From NCBI GenBank assembly GCA_964016885.1, contig OZ024741.1, positions 218,178,001 through 218,242,000 on the forward strand: a stretch of 64,000 nucleotides of DNA, read 5' to 3'. This DNA is from Eledone cirrhosa (Eukaryota). Shown here one piece after another: positions 10,827 to 22,800 of this stretch. The number at the start of each line of letters is the position of its first letter. The first letter of the stretch is position 1. The position numbers and the translations under genes were made by a program. Under the pieces are notes generated by a model. It saw nothing but the letters and a program-made list of their open reading frames with translations. It was not told where the DNA came from and did not search any database.

Positions 10827-13430
10827 TAGTGTAGTGTAGAGTGGTGTGGTGTAGTGTAGTGTAGTGTGGTGTAGTGTGGTGTGGTGTAGTGTAGTGTAAT
10901 GTAGTGTGGCGTAGTGTGGTGTAGTGTAGTGTAGGGTGCTGTGGTGTAGTGTAGTGTAGGGTGCTGTGGTGTAGTGTAGTGTGGTGTAGTGAGGTGAGGT
11001 GTAGTGTAGTGTGGTTCAGTGTAGTGTAGTGTAGTGTGGTGTAGTGTGGTGTAGTGTAGTGTGGTGTAGTGTAGTGTGGTGTAGTGTGGTGTAGTTAGTG
11101 TGGTTTAGTGTAGTGTGGTTTAGTGTAGTGTAGTGTAGTGTGGTGTGATGTAGTGCGGTGTAGTGTAGTGTGGTGTAGTGTAGTGTGGTGTAGTGTAGTG
11201 TGGTGTAGTGTGGTGTAGTTAGTGTGGTTTAGTGTAGTGTGGTTTAGTGTAGTGTAGTGTAGTGTGGTGTGATGTAGTGCGGTGTAGTGTAGTGTGGTGT
11301 GGTGTAGTGTGGTGTAGTGTGGTGTAGTGTGGTGTAGTGTACTGTGGTGTGGTGTAGTGTGGTGTAGTGTAGTGTAGTGTGGTGTGGTGTAGTGTAGTGT
11401 AGTGTGGTGTGGTGTAGTGTGGTGTAGTGTAGTGTAGTGTGGTGTAGTGTGGTGTAATCTAGTGTGGTTTAGTGTAGTGTACTGTACTGTAGTGTGGTGT
11501 GGTGTAGTGTGGTTTAGTGTAGTGTGGTGTGGTGTAGTGTGGTGTAGTGTAGTGTAGTGTGGTGTGGTGTAGTGTAGTGTGGTGTAGTGTAGTGTGGTGT
11601 GGTGAAGTGTGGTGTAGTGTAGTGTAGTGTAGTGTAGTGTGGTGTAATGTGGTGTAGTGTAGTGTGGTGTAATGTGACGTGGTGTAGTGTAGTGTGGTGT
11701 AGTGTAGTGTGGTGAAGTGTGGTGTAGTGTAGTGTAGTGTAGTGTAGTGTAGTGTAGTGTGGTGTAGTGTGGTGTAGTGTAGGGTGCTGTGGTGTAGTGT
11801 AGTGTAGTGTGGTGTAGTGTGGTGTAGTGTAGTGTAGTGTGGTGAGGTGTAGTGTGGTGTAGTGTGGTGTGGTTTAGTGTAGTGTGGTTTAGTGTAGTGT
11901 AGTGTGGTGTGGTGTAGTGTGGTGTAGTGTAGTGTAGTGTAGTGTGGTAAGGTGTAGTGTGGTGTAGTGTGGTGTGGTTTAGTGTAGTGTGGTTTAGTGT
12001 AGTGTAGTGTGGTGTGGTGTAGTGTGGTGTAGTGTAGTGTAGTGTGGTGTGGTGTAGTGTGGTGTAGTGTAGTGTGGTGTAGTGTGGTGTAGTCTAGTGT
12101 GGTTTAGTGTAGTGTACTGTACTGTAGTGTGGTGTGGTGTAGTGTGGTGTAGTGTAGTGTGGTGTAGTGTAGTGTAGTGTAGTGTGGTGTAGTGTAGTGT
12201 GGTGTGGTGAAGTGTGGTGTAGTGTAGTGTAGTGTAGTGTAGTGTAGTGTAGTGTAGTGTGGTGTAGTGTAGTGTAGTGTAGTGTGGTGTGGTGTAGTGT
12301 GGTGTAGTGTAGTGTAGTGTGGTGAGGTGCAGTGTGGTGTAGTGTGGTGTGGTTTAGTGTAGTGTGGTTTAGTGTAGTGTAGTGTGGTGTGGTGTAGTGT
12401 GGTGTAGTGTAGTGTAGTGTGGTGTAGTGTGGTGTAGTGTAGTGTGGTGTAGTGTGGTGTGGTTTAGTGTAGTGTGGTCTAGTGTAGTGTAATGTGGCGT
12501 GGTGTAGTGTGGTGTAGTGTGGTTTGGTGTAGTGTAGTGTGGTTTAGTGTAGTGTAGTGTTGTGTAGTGTAGTGTGGTGTGGTGTAGTGTAGTGTAGTGT
12601 GGTGTAGTGTAATGTGGTGTGGTGTAGTGTGGTGTAGAGTACTGTGGTGTGGTGTAGTTTAGTGTAGTGTAGTATGGTGTGGTGTAGTGTAGTGTAGTGT
12701 ACTGTAGTGTGGTTTAGTGTAGTGTAGTTTAGTGTAGTGTAGTGTGGTGTAGTGTAGTGTAGTGTTGTGTGGTGTAATGTACTGTGGTGTGGTGTAGTGT
12801 GGTGTAGTTTAGTGTAGTGTAGTTTGCTGTGGTGTAGTGTGGTGTAGTGTGGTGTAGTGTAGCGTGGTGTAGTGTGGTGTAGTGTAGTGTGGTGTAGTGT
12901 AGTGGAGTGTAGTGTAGTGTAGTGTGGTGTAGTGTGGTGTAGTGTAGTGTGGTGTAGTGTAGTGTAGTATGGTGTGGTGTAGTGTAGCGTGGTGTAGTGT
13001 GGTGTGGTGTAGTGTAGTGTGGTGTAGTGTAGTGTAGTGTGGTGTAGTGTGGTGTAGTGTAGTGTGGTGTAGTGTAGTGTAGTATGGTGTGGTGTAGTGT
13101 AGCGTGAGTGTAGCGTGGTGTAGTGTGGTGTGGTGTAGTGTGGTGTAGTGTAGTGTGGTGTAGTGTAGTGTGACGTAGTGTGTTGTAGTGTGGTGTAGTG
13201 TAGTGTGGTGTAGTGTAGTGTGACGTAGTGTGTTGTAGTGTGGTGTAGTGTAGTGTAGTGTGGTGTAGTGTACTGTAGTGTGGTGTAGTGTGGTGTAGTG
13301 TACTGTAGTGTGGTGTAGTGTGGTGTAGTGTAGTATGGTGTGGTGTAGTGTAGCGTGGTGTAGTGTGGTGTGGTGTAGTGTGGTGTGGTGTAGTGTGGTG
13401 TGATGTAGTGTAGAGTAGTGAAGTGTGGTT
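10827..13430. repeat. 2.6 kb pentanucleotide satellite (GTAGT/GTGGT)n
   Basis: Directly visible 5-nt periodicity. Confidence 0.98.
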
Positions 13431-13431
13431 T

Positions 13432-13512
13432 AGTACCAGTCATTTATTGGGGTGGATATAATTGACTTTCTCCTCCCCTCAAATTAATGGCCTTGTGTCT
13501 ATATTAGAAATT
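13432..13512 (+). mobile_element. SINE 3' fragment
   Basis: agtaccagt core end and ggccttgtgtc..agaaa tail, similar to other SINE copies here. Confidence 0.55.
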
Positions 13513-13775
13513 CCACGTTAAGGTGTCATTGCTGTTCTTCATCTTGTTTTCGCTTGGGTTTCCAATCTCACCAAAGTATTTAAATGACAGAGACAAGCCA
13601 TATATAAATTATATTTTGATAGGTTTCGTTGGCGCTTGTCTAGCATATTCTTCTTTCTTTTCTGGCTAAATCCCTGATCTCTTTCTTTTGCGATGTTGTG
13701 CGATGTTGTGCAAGATATTCTTCGTTATAGGCGTCCACGATTTTAATCAGCCCGAACCTATTATTACTATTATTA

Positions 13776-13954
13776 ATTGACAGTGTCGGTAGAAGGTCGG
13801 ACGCCATGCTTTCCAGCACAGAGTTACGCCCCTTTATGATCTGAGTTCTAATCCCGCCGAGGTTAACTTTGCCTTTCATCCTTACGAAGTCGATAAAATA
13901 AAGTACCAGTAAAGCACTGGGGTAATTGCTGGCCTTGTGCCAATAGTAGAAACA

Positions 13955-14002
<48 letters not shown>
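13776..14002 (+). mobile_element. tRNA-derived SINE with (ATT)n tail
   Basis: B-box-like gagttctaatcc, core ttgcctttcatccttacg..gtcgataaaataaagtaccagt (MetaSINE-like, inferred), 3' ggccttgtgcc..agaaacaATTATT. Confidence 0.85.
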
Positions 14003-14208
14003 GGTCTAAGCAGACGTATTTTGATCGCTCACAGTAAGTCGCTTTATTTGCCTGTTAAAATTATTTGTTGTTAAATATTTCTTGTTGTGTAAGGGATATA
14101 AGCCCTTAGACTTTTCCCCGTGAAGGGGAAAGTATAATATTTGGGCCTTTTGGCCCAAATATTTGAACTTTTTTTACATGTTAAAAAATTTACGAAGAAA
14201 AAAAAAAC

Positions 14209-16049
14209 ATGGCTGAGCCACGCCCGCCAGCGATATGTTTGCTGTCGTGCGACAACGACGTAGAAGTTGAGAGGAGCGCTACAGCGAAATTAACACACAT
14301 TGATAACACAAACACCACCACAAACAATGTAAACAAAGACACCAATGATACCAATGAGAACTCTAATTTTGAAAAAAATGACAGTAACAGCGACAACGAA
14401 AATACAGATAACAAAAAAAAAATAAATAACAAATACAACAACAATATCAACACCACTAATATGAAAACAAATAGCGACAACACCAACAGCAACAATACCA
14501 ACTGCACCGAGAACAACAGTGGCAACAAAGACAACAATGATAACAGCGACAGTGATAACAACAACACCAACAAGAACAACGACAACGACAACAACACCCC
14601 CAACGAAAACAAGAAGAACACTTTCGTTGCGGCAGCAGCAAAAAAGAGGCCATGCTTCAACATGGACCTCTCAAACAAAGATGAAAAGTTGGCCCAGGTA
14701 TGGAAGCTCATCAAGCAAGAGAAAACCTGGGCCAACTTAACTGTCCCGGTAGAAGCTATTGAGACAATGGAGCGCAGAACGGTGCATTACAGATGCATCT
14801 CAGCACAAACCAAAAGGGCAGTTTTAATCCCACAAGAAGATGTCGAAGTCGCCCTGAGATGCATCAGAGAAGACACCGAATACATAGAGAGGGGCAGACA
14901 GTACGGCACCATTTCGGTGTTGTTCAAGTCAGAAGCCCTCGCTATGAAACACGCTATGACTCCTTGCAAAACCAGCAAGGTCATAATGTACCCCTCCCAC
15001 ATGAGGACTGGTCCGGGGTTGACCTGGAGATCCTTCTCCAGATCAGACCCGAGAATGTGAAGACAATCCCGGACCACATCCGCCTTCAGAATGGGACGGT
15101 CATTCACATTATGACCGAAGGCAAAAGGCCGCAGTGTTTTGTTTGTGAGGAAAAAACCCATTTGCCAGCCTTCTGCCCTCAACTGCTGAAAGAGGCAAGG
15201 GGTCGAAAGGCTCCACTGCTGCCGACGCCGGGGCGAGGACCACAACCAACACCGGCACCGGCAAAACCACCAACAACAACACCAATAGAAAGACCACCAC
15301 CAACATTGACCACCAAAGGGGGAAACGAGGAAAACTATCAAATTCCTCCTCCCCCAAAAATCACACACCAATAAAACCATAAACTTACAGACACAGACCC
15401 CTCATCTACGAGTAGTGAAGATGAGGGAAAACCAAAATCCCCCAAAATACAAAAAGGAAACACAAAAAGAAAGAAAAAAACTCAACAAAGCACAAAATCA
15501 CCCACAATAAAAAACGCAGACACCACCCACGCAAACATCTCTCCAATAATACCAACATCAACACCACCATCACCATCACCATCACCATCACCAGAATCCC
15601 CCAAACGCAAACAACCTAAACAGACGCAAGAACAAATATACACACAAACATCTGAAACCACAGACACCGCACTCACAACAAACACAGATACAACCGAAAC
15701 AACACCACCACAGCCACGCAAACAAATAAAATCACACCAACAAAACATACAAAACTTCGTGCTCGTCAGGAGGGCCAACAAGAAACTGATGCCCCTCGTA
15801 GCACGAAGTGAAAATATACAAAAAGAGGAGGACATTTTTAAATCGAGCACATTTCGCGTGCTGGAAGATTTGATTCTGGTGCGAATGTCGCTCGATATAT
15901 TCAAAGAAATACGAGGCAGCTTTCCTCGGGACGTGGGAACCCCGAACGTAAAACCCACTTCAAGACTTTTAAAGGGGTTCCAAAAAGAAACCCCACCAAC
16001 TATGGAGGTCGAACAACCCGACCTTCACAAGAGCCCGGAAGGTAAGTAA
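14209..16049 (+). pseudogene. ORF1 of copy B (N-rich N-terminus, CCHC knuckle), frameshifted
   Basis: ORF-track pieces 14209-15060, 14793-15374 and 15759-16049. Confidence 0.85.
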
Positions 16050-16080
16050 ACCTTCCTCTCTCTTTTTTTAACCTGCCAAC

Positions 16081-19000
16081 ATGGCCGTATTAAGAGTAGG
16101 ATGTTTAAATGTTCGAGGCCTGGGATCGTCCTGGAAGCAGGGTCACCTGCTCAACGACCTCAGGTCTATAGAAATGGATGTAATTGCCGTCAGCGAGACC
16201 AGGATTTCCGACACGCGCGCACTAGCCCCCATTTTCGACGACTATCAGATCTTTGCATCTGTTAGCCGGCCGGGAATGGGAGGCGGGGTGGCAGTGCTGT
16301 TTAGGAAAGGCCTGGATCTCGAGGTAAGGTCGATCTTCCGGGACCCGGACGGGAAGTTGGTGGTCCTGGACGTGAACAATAACGAAGGTGGTGCCTTTAG
16401 ACTGGTGGCCGTCTATGCTCCTACTGGGGCAGGACGGCCGGACTTCTTTAGACGTCTGGAAGCCTTTCTGGGTACGTCTCGCCCTTTACTGTTAGCGGGG
16501 GACTGGAACGGCATCTTAGACGCACGCTGGGACTGTGTAGGAGTATCCGATAGGAGCGGGGGGTGCAAAAGCCTCAAGAACCTGATCAGCCAGTTCCAAC
16601 TGTCTGACAGGTACCGACTAGATTTCCCTAATGCGCCAGTGTGGACCTGGGCTAACCGCATAGGGTCATCTAGATCGTATATAGACAGGATATTCATTAG
16701 GAAAATAGACAGAAATAGTGTAAGCTGTCCACGTTTTGAAACGGTCGCCTATTCAGATCACAAGTTTGTGATCTGTATGGTCGACCTAGATAAAATGTGT
16801 AGGTTAGGACCTGGTTACTGGAAGCTAAACATGTCATTTCCGGCACGTAAGGCTTACAGGGACCAGGTCAACAATTTAGTTAAGAAAAAGTTGACAGGGG
16901 GAATCGTCAACAATAGATGGTGGGGGGGGCTCTCAAAAGAGAGATTAGAGTAATGTCGATAGAGTTTAGCAAAGAAGTAGCATTAGAGAAAAATAGAAAG
17001 GAGGGAGAGTTGGTAGATAAGTTAGACGAGGCTATTGGTAGTGGCATTGCAACTGATGTGCTAGCGGCGAGAATGGCATTAGACCATTTCTTCAATGCGA
17101 AACACGAAGGTTGCATTGTCAGAGCTAAGGCGCGTGCTCTGAGAAACGAGGGTACCAAAGCTGTTCGATGGGCCCGCGTGGCAGAGGCGCAGCGTGGTAA
17201 TAAAACCAAGATTCGGTCTTTGACGGACCGAGACGGTCTCGAGCTGAACGATTCCAAGAGGATGTGTGAGGCCTTTCGCCAACATTTTGCTCGGTTGTTC
17301 GGGGGAAGTGGCGGGTCAGAGATGGTGGCGGACTTCAGTCCCTACCTCGATGGCTTGCCGCAACTCTCGACGGCTGACGCTGGGCGCTGCGAAAGGCCAA
17401 TTACTTCAGCCGAGATTCAGGATGCCCTTGTAGGCTGCATGAGGCGCAAGTCACCCGGTTTGGATGGTCTGCCCTACGAGCTTTACGTAAATATGCCAGA
17501 CTTGTTCTCCAATCTCCTCGAAGCCCTCTACTGCAACTGGCAGCAAAACGGGAGTATTCCCAGTTCTGTGAGCCGGGGCGTAGTGACGCTGATAAGGAAA
17601 GACGAGAACAAGAGGGACGGACACATTAGACAATTTCAGGCCCATAACTCTGCTCAACACAGAGGTTAAGATTTTGGCCAGGATGTTAGCGAAGAGGTTG
17701 GCGCTTGTCGTCGGGGATTTGGTTGGGGAGGCGCAAACTTGCGCAATCCCAACCAGGTCCATACGCGACAACCTCCACCTAATGCGATACATCATAGAGA
17801 GGGTAGGGTGTAAACCTGGCTTCGGTGGGGCTCTGATCAATTTAGATCAATCGAAAGCATTCGATAGGGTCGACCATTGGTACCTGGAGGCTGTCCTCAA
17901 GGCGGCTGGCTTCGGCCCCATCTTCAGAAGCTGGATCGCTGCAATGCACAGCGGCACCTGCTCGATGGTCAAAATTAATGGCCACCTCTCGGAACCGTTT
18001 CAGGTCTCCCGATCGGTCCGTCAAGGGTGCCCTCTCTTCTCCCTTATGTACGTATTGACTCTCGAGCCTTTACTGCGGAAGCTGGAGCTGTTGCAGGGCA
18101 TCCCGCTCAAACCGGGACACGGAAAGGCTCTGTCGGCTTATGCGGACGACATCACCGTGATGGTGTCGGACACCTCAGAAATCGAGGTGGTCGGCAACTT
18201 ATTGGAGGAATATGAAAGGTTGACGGGAGCAAAACTTAACCCGGAAAAGTCAGTAGGCTTGCAACTCGGCACCTGGAGAGGCAAGTCCATGCCGTCCAAC
18301 AGCGTCGTTAGGCGCTGTACGGACGGACGGACCGGTAAAGTAGCTAGGAGTTTGGTTCGGGCCAGACTTCCAGGTGGATAGGAATTGGGACGAGGTGACG
18401 GGCAGGGTAGTCAGTCTCACCCAGAAATGGGCTGGGATAAAGCTATCACTGAAAGGTCGGGCGGAGGTGGCGAACGCGTACATCGCGTCCGTCATCTACT
18501 ACCGTCTGACTGTCGTCCCTTGCCCCCGTTCGCGCTTCGCCATCTTGGAGCGGCTCCTCTTCAAATTCTTGTGGAGGGGTCAGGTTCCGCTGGTGAGGCG
18601 GTCCATCTGCTGCCAGCACCCTCTACGTGGAGGGCTGGGCATGCCGTGGCTAATGATGCGCAGGCACGCGCTGAGGCTGCGGCATCTCCAGATATTCTGC
18701 CTAAACGGTGAACAGGTGTGGTCGCCGTTTGTCAGACGGGCCTTTCTGCAGCTCGTTTCTTTGACTGAGTTGCAGTCCTGGGTCAAGAAGAGACCGAGAC
18801 TGGGTGACTGGCATCTGGAATTTTGCCAGGCACTCACTGCCCTCTACCAGGCGGGCAATGCGGTCAGTAGAACTTCCACTCTCGAGTTCTATAGAGGATT
18901 AGTGGTGGGCAAGTGCGACGACGCACTCGGAGCGGCTCTGGGAGTCAACGAAGTCGAACTAACCAGTCTGTACCGGAGGACTTTCGAGCCAGGGACGATG

Positions 19001-19514
19001 GATAATTTCCAAAAATCCCTCGCTTGGCAGTGCTACCGGGGTGCACTACCGGTTCGAGATAAACTCTACAGGCACGGAAGTGCTATCAGACGGACCTGCC
19101 CGAGATGCGCGCAGAGCGACGAAACCGTTCTGCACGCACTCGTCCAGTGTCCGTGCATTACTGACTTGTGGAGTTATGTTGAACAGCTGTTGTTGCGTGT
19201 AGAACGGATCCGGCTATCGGCCGAGTCCATAGTGAAGATCGACCCGCCGCCTTCTTTTGGCCAGGAAGGGCAGGCAATTTTCCTCTGTCTGGTGGCAGTA
19301 GCGAAAGAGGTTGTATGGTGGATGAGGTTGAAAGGACTGAAGACAGACACTTTTCTCTTCGGCCAATCCCTCATCAACTTTTTCAAGTTTCACTTGGAAA
19401 GGAAGGTGAGGGTGGAGAGAGAAGTGCTCCCCCCCCAGTACATTTGCTGAAAGGTGGGTGAATGTGGCGAGAATGGCCCGTGTGAGTGGGCCTACTCTGG
19501 TCATGCGGCTGTAG
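16081..19514 (+). pseudogene. ORF2 of copy B (APE-RT-zf-RVT), frameshifted
   Basis: NVRGL, GDWN, YSDH, KSPGLDGLP, QGCPL, YADD, CPRCAQSDETVLHALVQC. Confidence 0.93.
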
Positions 19515-19803
19515 GTAGGTAAATTTGAAGAGGAGAGGGGTGCCCTTCCAAAGTTCTCTCGAAGCGTCGGGTCGTTCAGGACTGGTGGGGTACCTGAGCG
19601 AACCCTAGGTGGTCATCCCCCCTATTGGGAATGTTTTCTTGTTGTAATTTTCTTGTTACTTTATTGTTACTTTGTTATTGTTACTTTGTTTATTCATATT
19701 GTTTACTCGATTTTTCTGTAAAACCCCACTGTCCCAGTCTTTTGTATTGTCCCCTATATGTCGGCCCTTGTGGCCAATAAATGAAATCATTATTATTATT
19801 ATT

Positions 19804-22800
19804 GAATGCTATGGTTGACGGAGGCTCGGCTCTGTAAGGTATTGTAAATTTTGACCACTATAACAATTGTAAATTGTTTAAAACTGTAACCATATTGTAG
19901 ACAAAAACACCTTCCTCCTCGTGAGAGGGGTTTTTCTGCCCGTTATTTGGCCCTTCGGGGTTAAATAACCGCTTATTGGGGTTTTGTGCCCAATATTTAT
20001 TTTAAACAAAAAAACAACATGGCCACGAAAAAGAATTTTCATAGGTCACTCCCACTCATTCCGTCTTCTTCCTCAATCGTCACTACAGCAGAGAGAAGAT
20101 TGTCTCTCTCCCTCCTTTCTCTAAATGTGTCTCTCTCCCTCCCTCCCTTCTCTTTTGCAAGCGACGCCAGTAAAGAAAAATAGTTTACAAAATCACGTGA
20201 AAAACATGGAAGATTTCTCCACGACGACGACGACGAAAAAGGTGTGCGGGAAATACGAAAACCCATTTCATTCGTCTGACGTCATGAATAATAGCAGTAG
20301 CAGCCGTAATAACAGCAGCAGCAGCAATAGTGACGAGGAAAACAACGGTAGCAGCCGAAACAGCATCAGCGGCAGCATAAACAACAACAGCATTAGCAGC
20401 AACAGCAACAACAACAGCAGCAGCAGCAACAACAACAACAACCACAGCAACAGCGGCGGCGGCAGTCGTAGTACCTGCAGCAACAACAAAAGTAACAGCA
20501 GCTCTGACGACAACAACAACAACAGTAGCAAAGAAAAACCAATCTCGTTTGCAGGTATCGCAAAGAACCTGGAAACCATCCTCATAACAAATGAGGAATT
20601 AGAGGAAGCGAAGAAGATGGTGACGAAAACCGGACACCGAGCAATCTGCAAGGTAGCCGAAAATTTTTTCGAAACCCAACAGCACTGTACGGTCACGTAC
20701 CGTACAGTAAGAACAAAATCCCATAGAGTTGAAAGAGCCACAGAGGCTCAAATACAAAAAGCCTTAGGGTCTGTGTGGCAGCGTAAAACGCATATCACCC
20801 GAGGCAAGAAATATGCCACCGTAGACGTGCTTTTTGCCACACCCCAGGAGGCAAAGGCTCAATCCTTAGTGACCCTAAGAAGCGAGGAAATGGTGTTGGT
20901 GCCCTCCTACTGCGGGCAAAAAATTGTGAGGGTCAAACTGACCCCCCCCCCCCCCCGGGATGGCCTCTTCTTGGCTGGCCGCGTCTGTTCTCTTTGGAAT
21001 CGAGGACAAAACAACTGTACTGCAAGTACAGAAAGAGTAAGAGAAGATTGGATCGGCACCTCCATTGAGATGTTAATCCAAACCAACCAGGAGTGCATCG
21101 AAGCTATCCCGGATGTGATAGACTTCGATAACGGCACTCAACTGCCCATAAGTGTTGAGGGCAAACGCCCGAAATGCTTTCGCTGTGGATCGAAGACTCA
21201 CCTCAGGGCCTTCTGCAACGAGAAGACCCTGAGAAAGGAGAAAACCCCCTCCTTCCGAATCCGGCTCCACTGCTACCAGTAACAGGACAAGCGGCAACCA
21301 GGAACGATAGGTCCGTGGCACCCATACCCACGCCACGGAAATCAAGAACAGCAGCAGCAGTGGAAGTATTAACAACAACAACAGTAATACCAAATGCAGC
21401 TGCCACAGAGACTCCACTGCAAACATCACCAACAACAACAAGTGAAAGAGTGGAGCTGGTACCACTCCCCGACCTCACAGAATCAGACATGGAGTGTGAG
21501 GTGGGAGAGGGATGGCAAAAGGTCGTAAGAAGGCACAAACGCAGAAGCAGCGCATCGTCGCCTTCGAAAAGGGAGGAAAGAAATGAGAAAAGGGTAAAGG
21601 CTACTGCAAAGAGACTCACAGCAGCAACATCACTAACACCATCACCAGCCACACTAGCACCACCATCACCACCGGTGACAACCCCACCGCCAACAACAAC
21701 AACACCTTCAAAACCACCACCACAAGCAGCAACATCGCAAACACAACAACAAAACACACACACCCAGCAACAACGACAAGAAAATAGCAGAACCCCACCC
21801 CCAGAAAAACAAATGCACGGCAATAAATACACACAACAAGAAACTAATGACTTACATAATTGAACACACAGACATTTCACAGCACGACTACATAATACCA
21901 GCACCAATCAAAACGCCAACGAACATAGGACTGCTAAAAATAGCACAGAAACAATACACAAACATTAAAACGAAATTCCCCAACGCAGTTGGTGATTTCA
22001 GAGACCTAGGAGGGACTCTCAACCGGAGAGTATATTCGGACATACTCATAGAAGAGCCGACGACCAGCCGAAGGGACGATTCAACGGTCCCTTCACCAGA
22101 AATCAAGTGAAAAGGGATGGAGAAACCATCCTTCCTCTACGAAAAGTACGGTAAGTGGTCTTTCCCATCTTTTCCACTCTATTTTAAACATGACCTCACT
22201 CAGAATAGGCAGCATAAATGCGCGTGGCTTGGGGTCGTCATGGAAGCAGGGTCACCTGCTCAACGATCTCAGGTCACTAAACATAGATGTAGTGGCCTTC
22301 AGCGAGACCAGAATCTCCGAAGCACGGGCCTTAGCACCGATCTTCGGCGGCTACGATGTGTACGCATCTCCCAGCCGTCCTGGATCGGGGAAGGAGTTGC
22401 TGTGCTTTTTCGGAGAGGTTTGGATCTCGCCATACGGGCCATCTTCCTGGACCCAGAGGGTAAGTTGGTGGTGCTGGACGTGACCAGCGGAGACGAGCAA
22501 GCTTTCAGGCTAGTGGCCGTCTATGCGCTGACAGGAGCAGGGCGGCCTGATTTCTTCCGGCGTCTGGAGACCTTTCTTGGAACGTCCCGCTCTTTAGTGT
22601 TAGTGGGCGACTGGAACGGGATCTTAGATGCACGCTGGGACTGTGTGGGATTAGCGGATAGGGGAGTAGGGTGCAAGAGCCTCACCAACCTGCTCAGGCG
22701 TTTTGAACTGTCTGACAGGTACTGATTGGATTTCCCGAATGTGCCAATGTGGACTTGGACAAATCGCATATGGTCATCCAGATCATATCTAGATAGAGTA

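Larger units (their letters stand above)
14003..19803 (+). mobile_element. Tx1/L1-clade element, copy B (full length, divergent subfamily, disabled)
   Basis: 5'UTR, ORF1 14209-16049 (CFVCEEKTHLPAFC zinc knuckle), ORF2 16081-19514 in fragments, AATAAA + (ATT)n tail. Confidence 0.95.

Noticed and set aside
10827-13430. Telomeric array
   Set aside because: The unit is GTAGT/GTGGT, not TTAGGG, and it is internal to the window.
9963-13443. Long Val-rich and HYTTL ORFs
   Set aside because: Translations of simple repeats.
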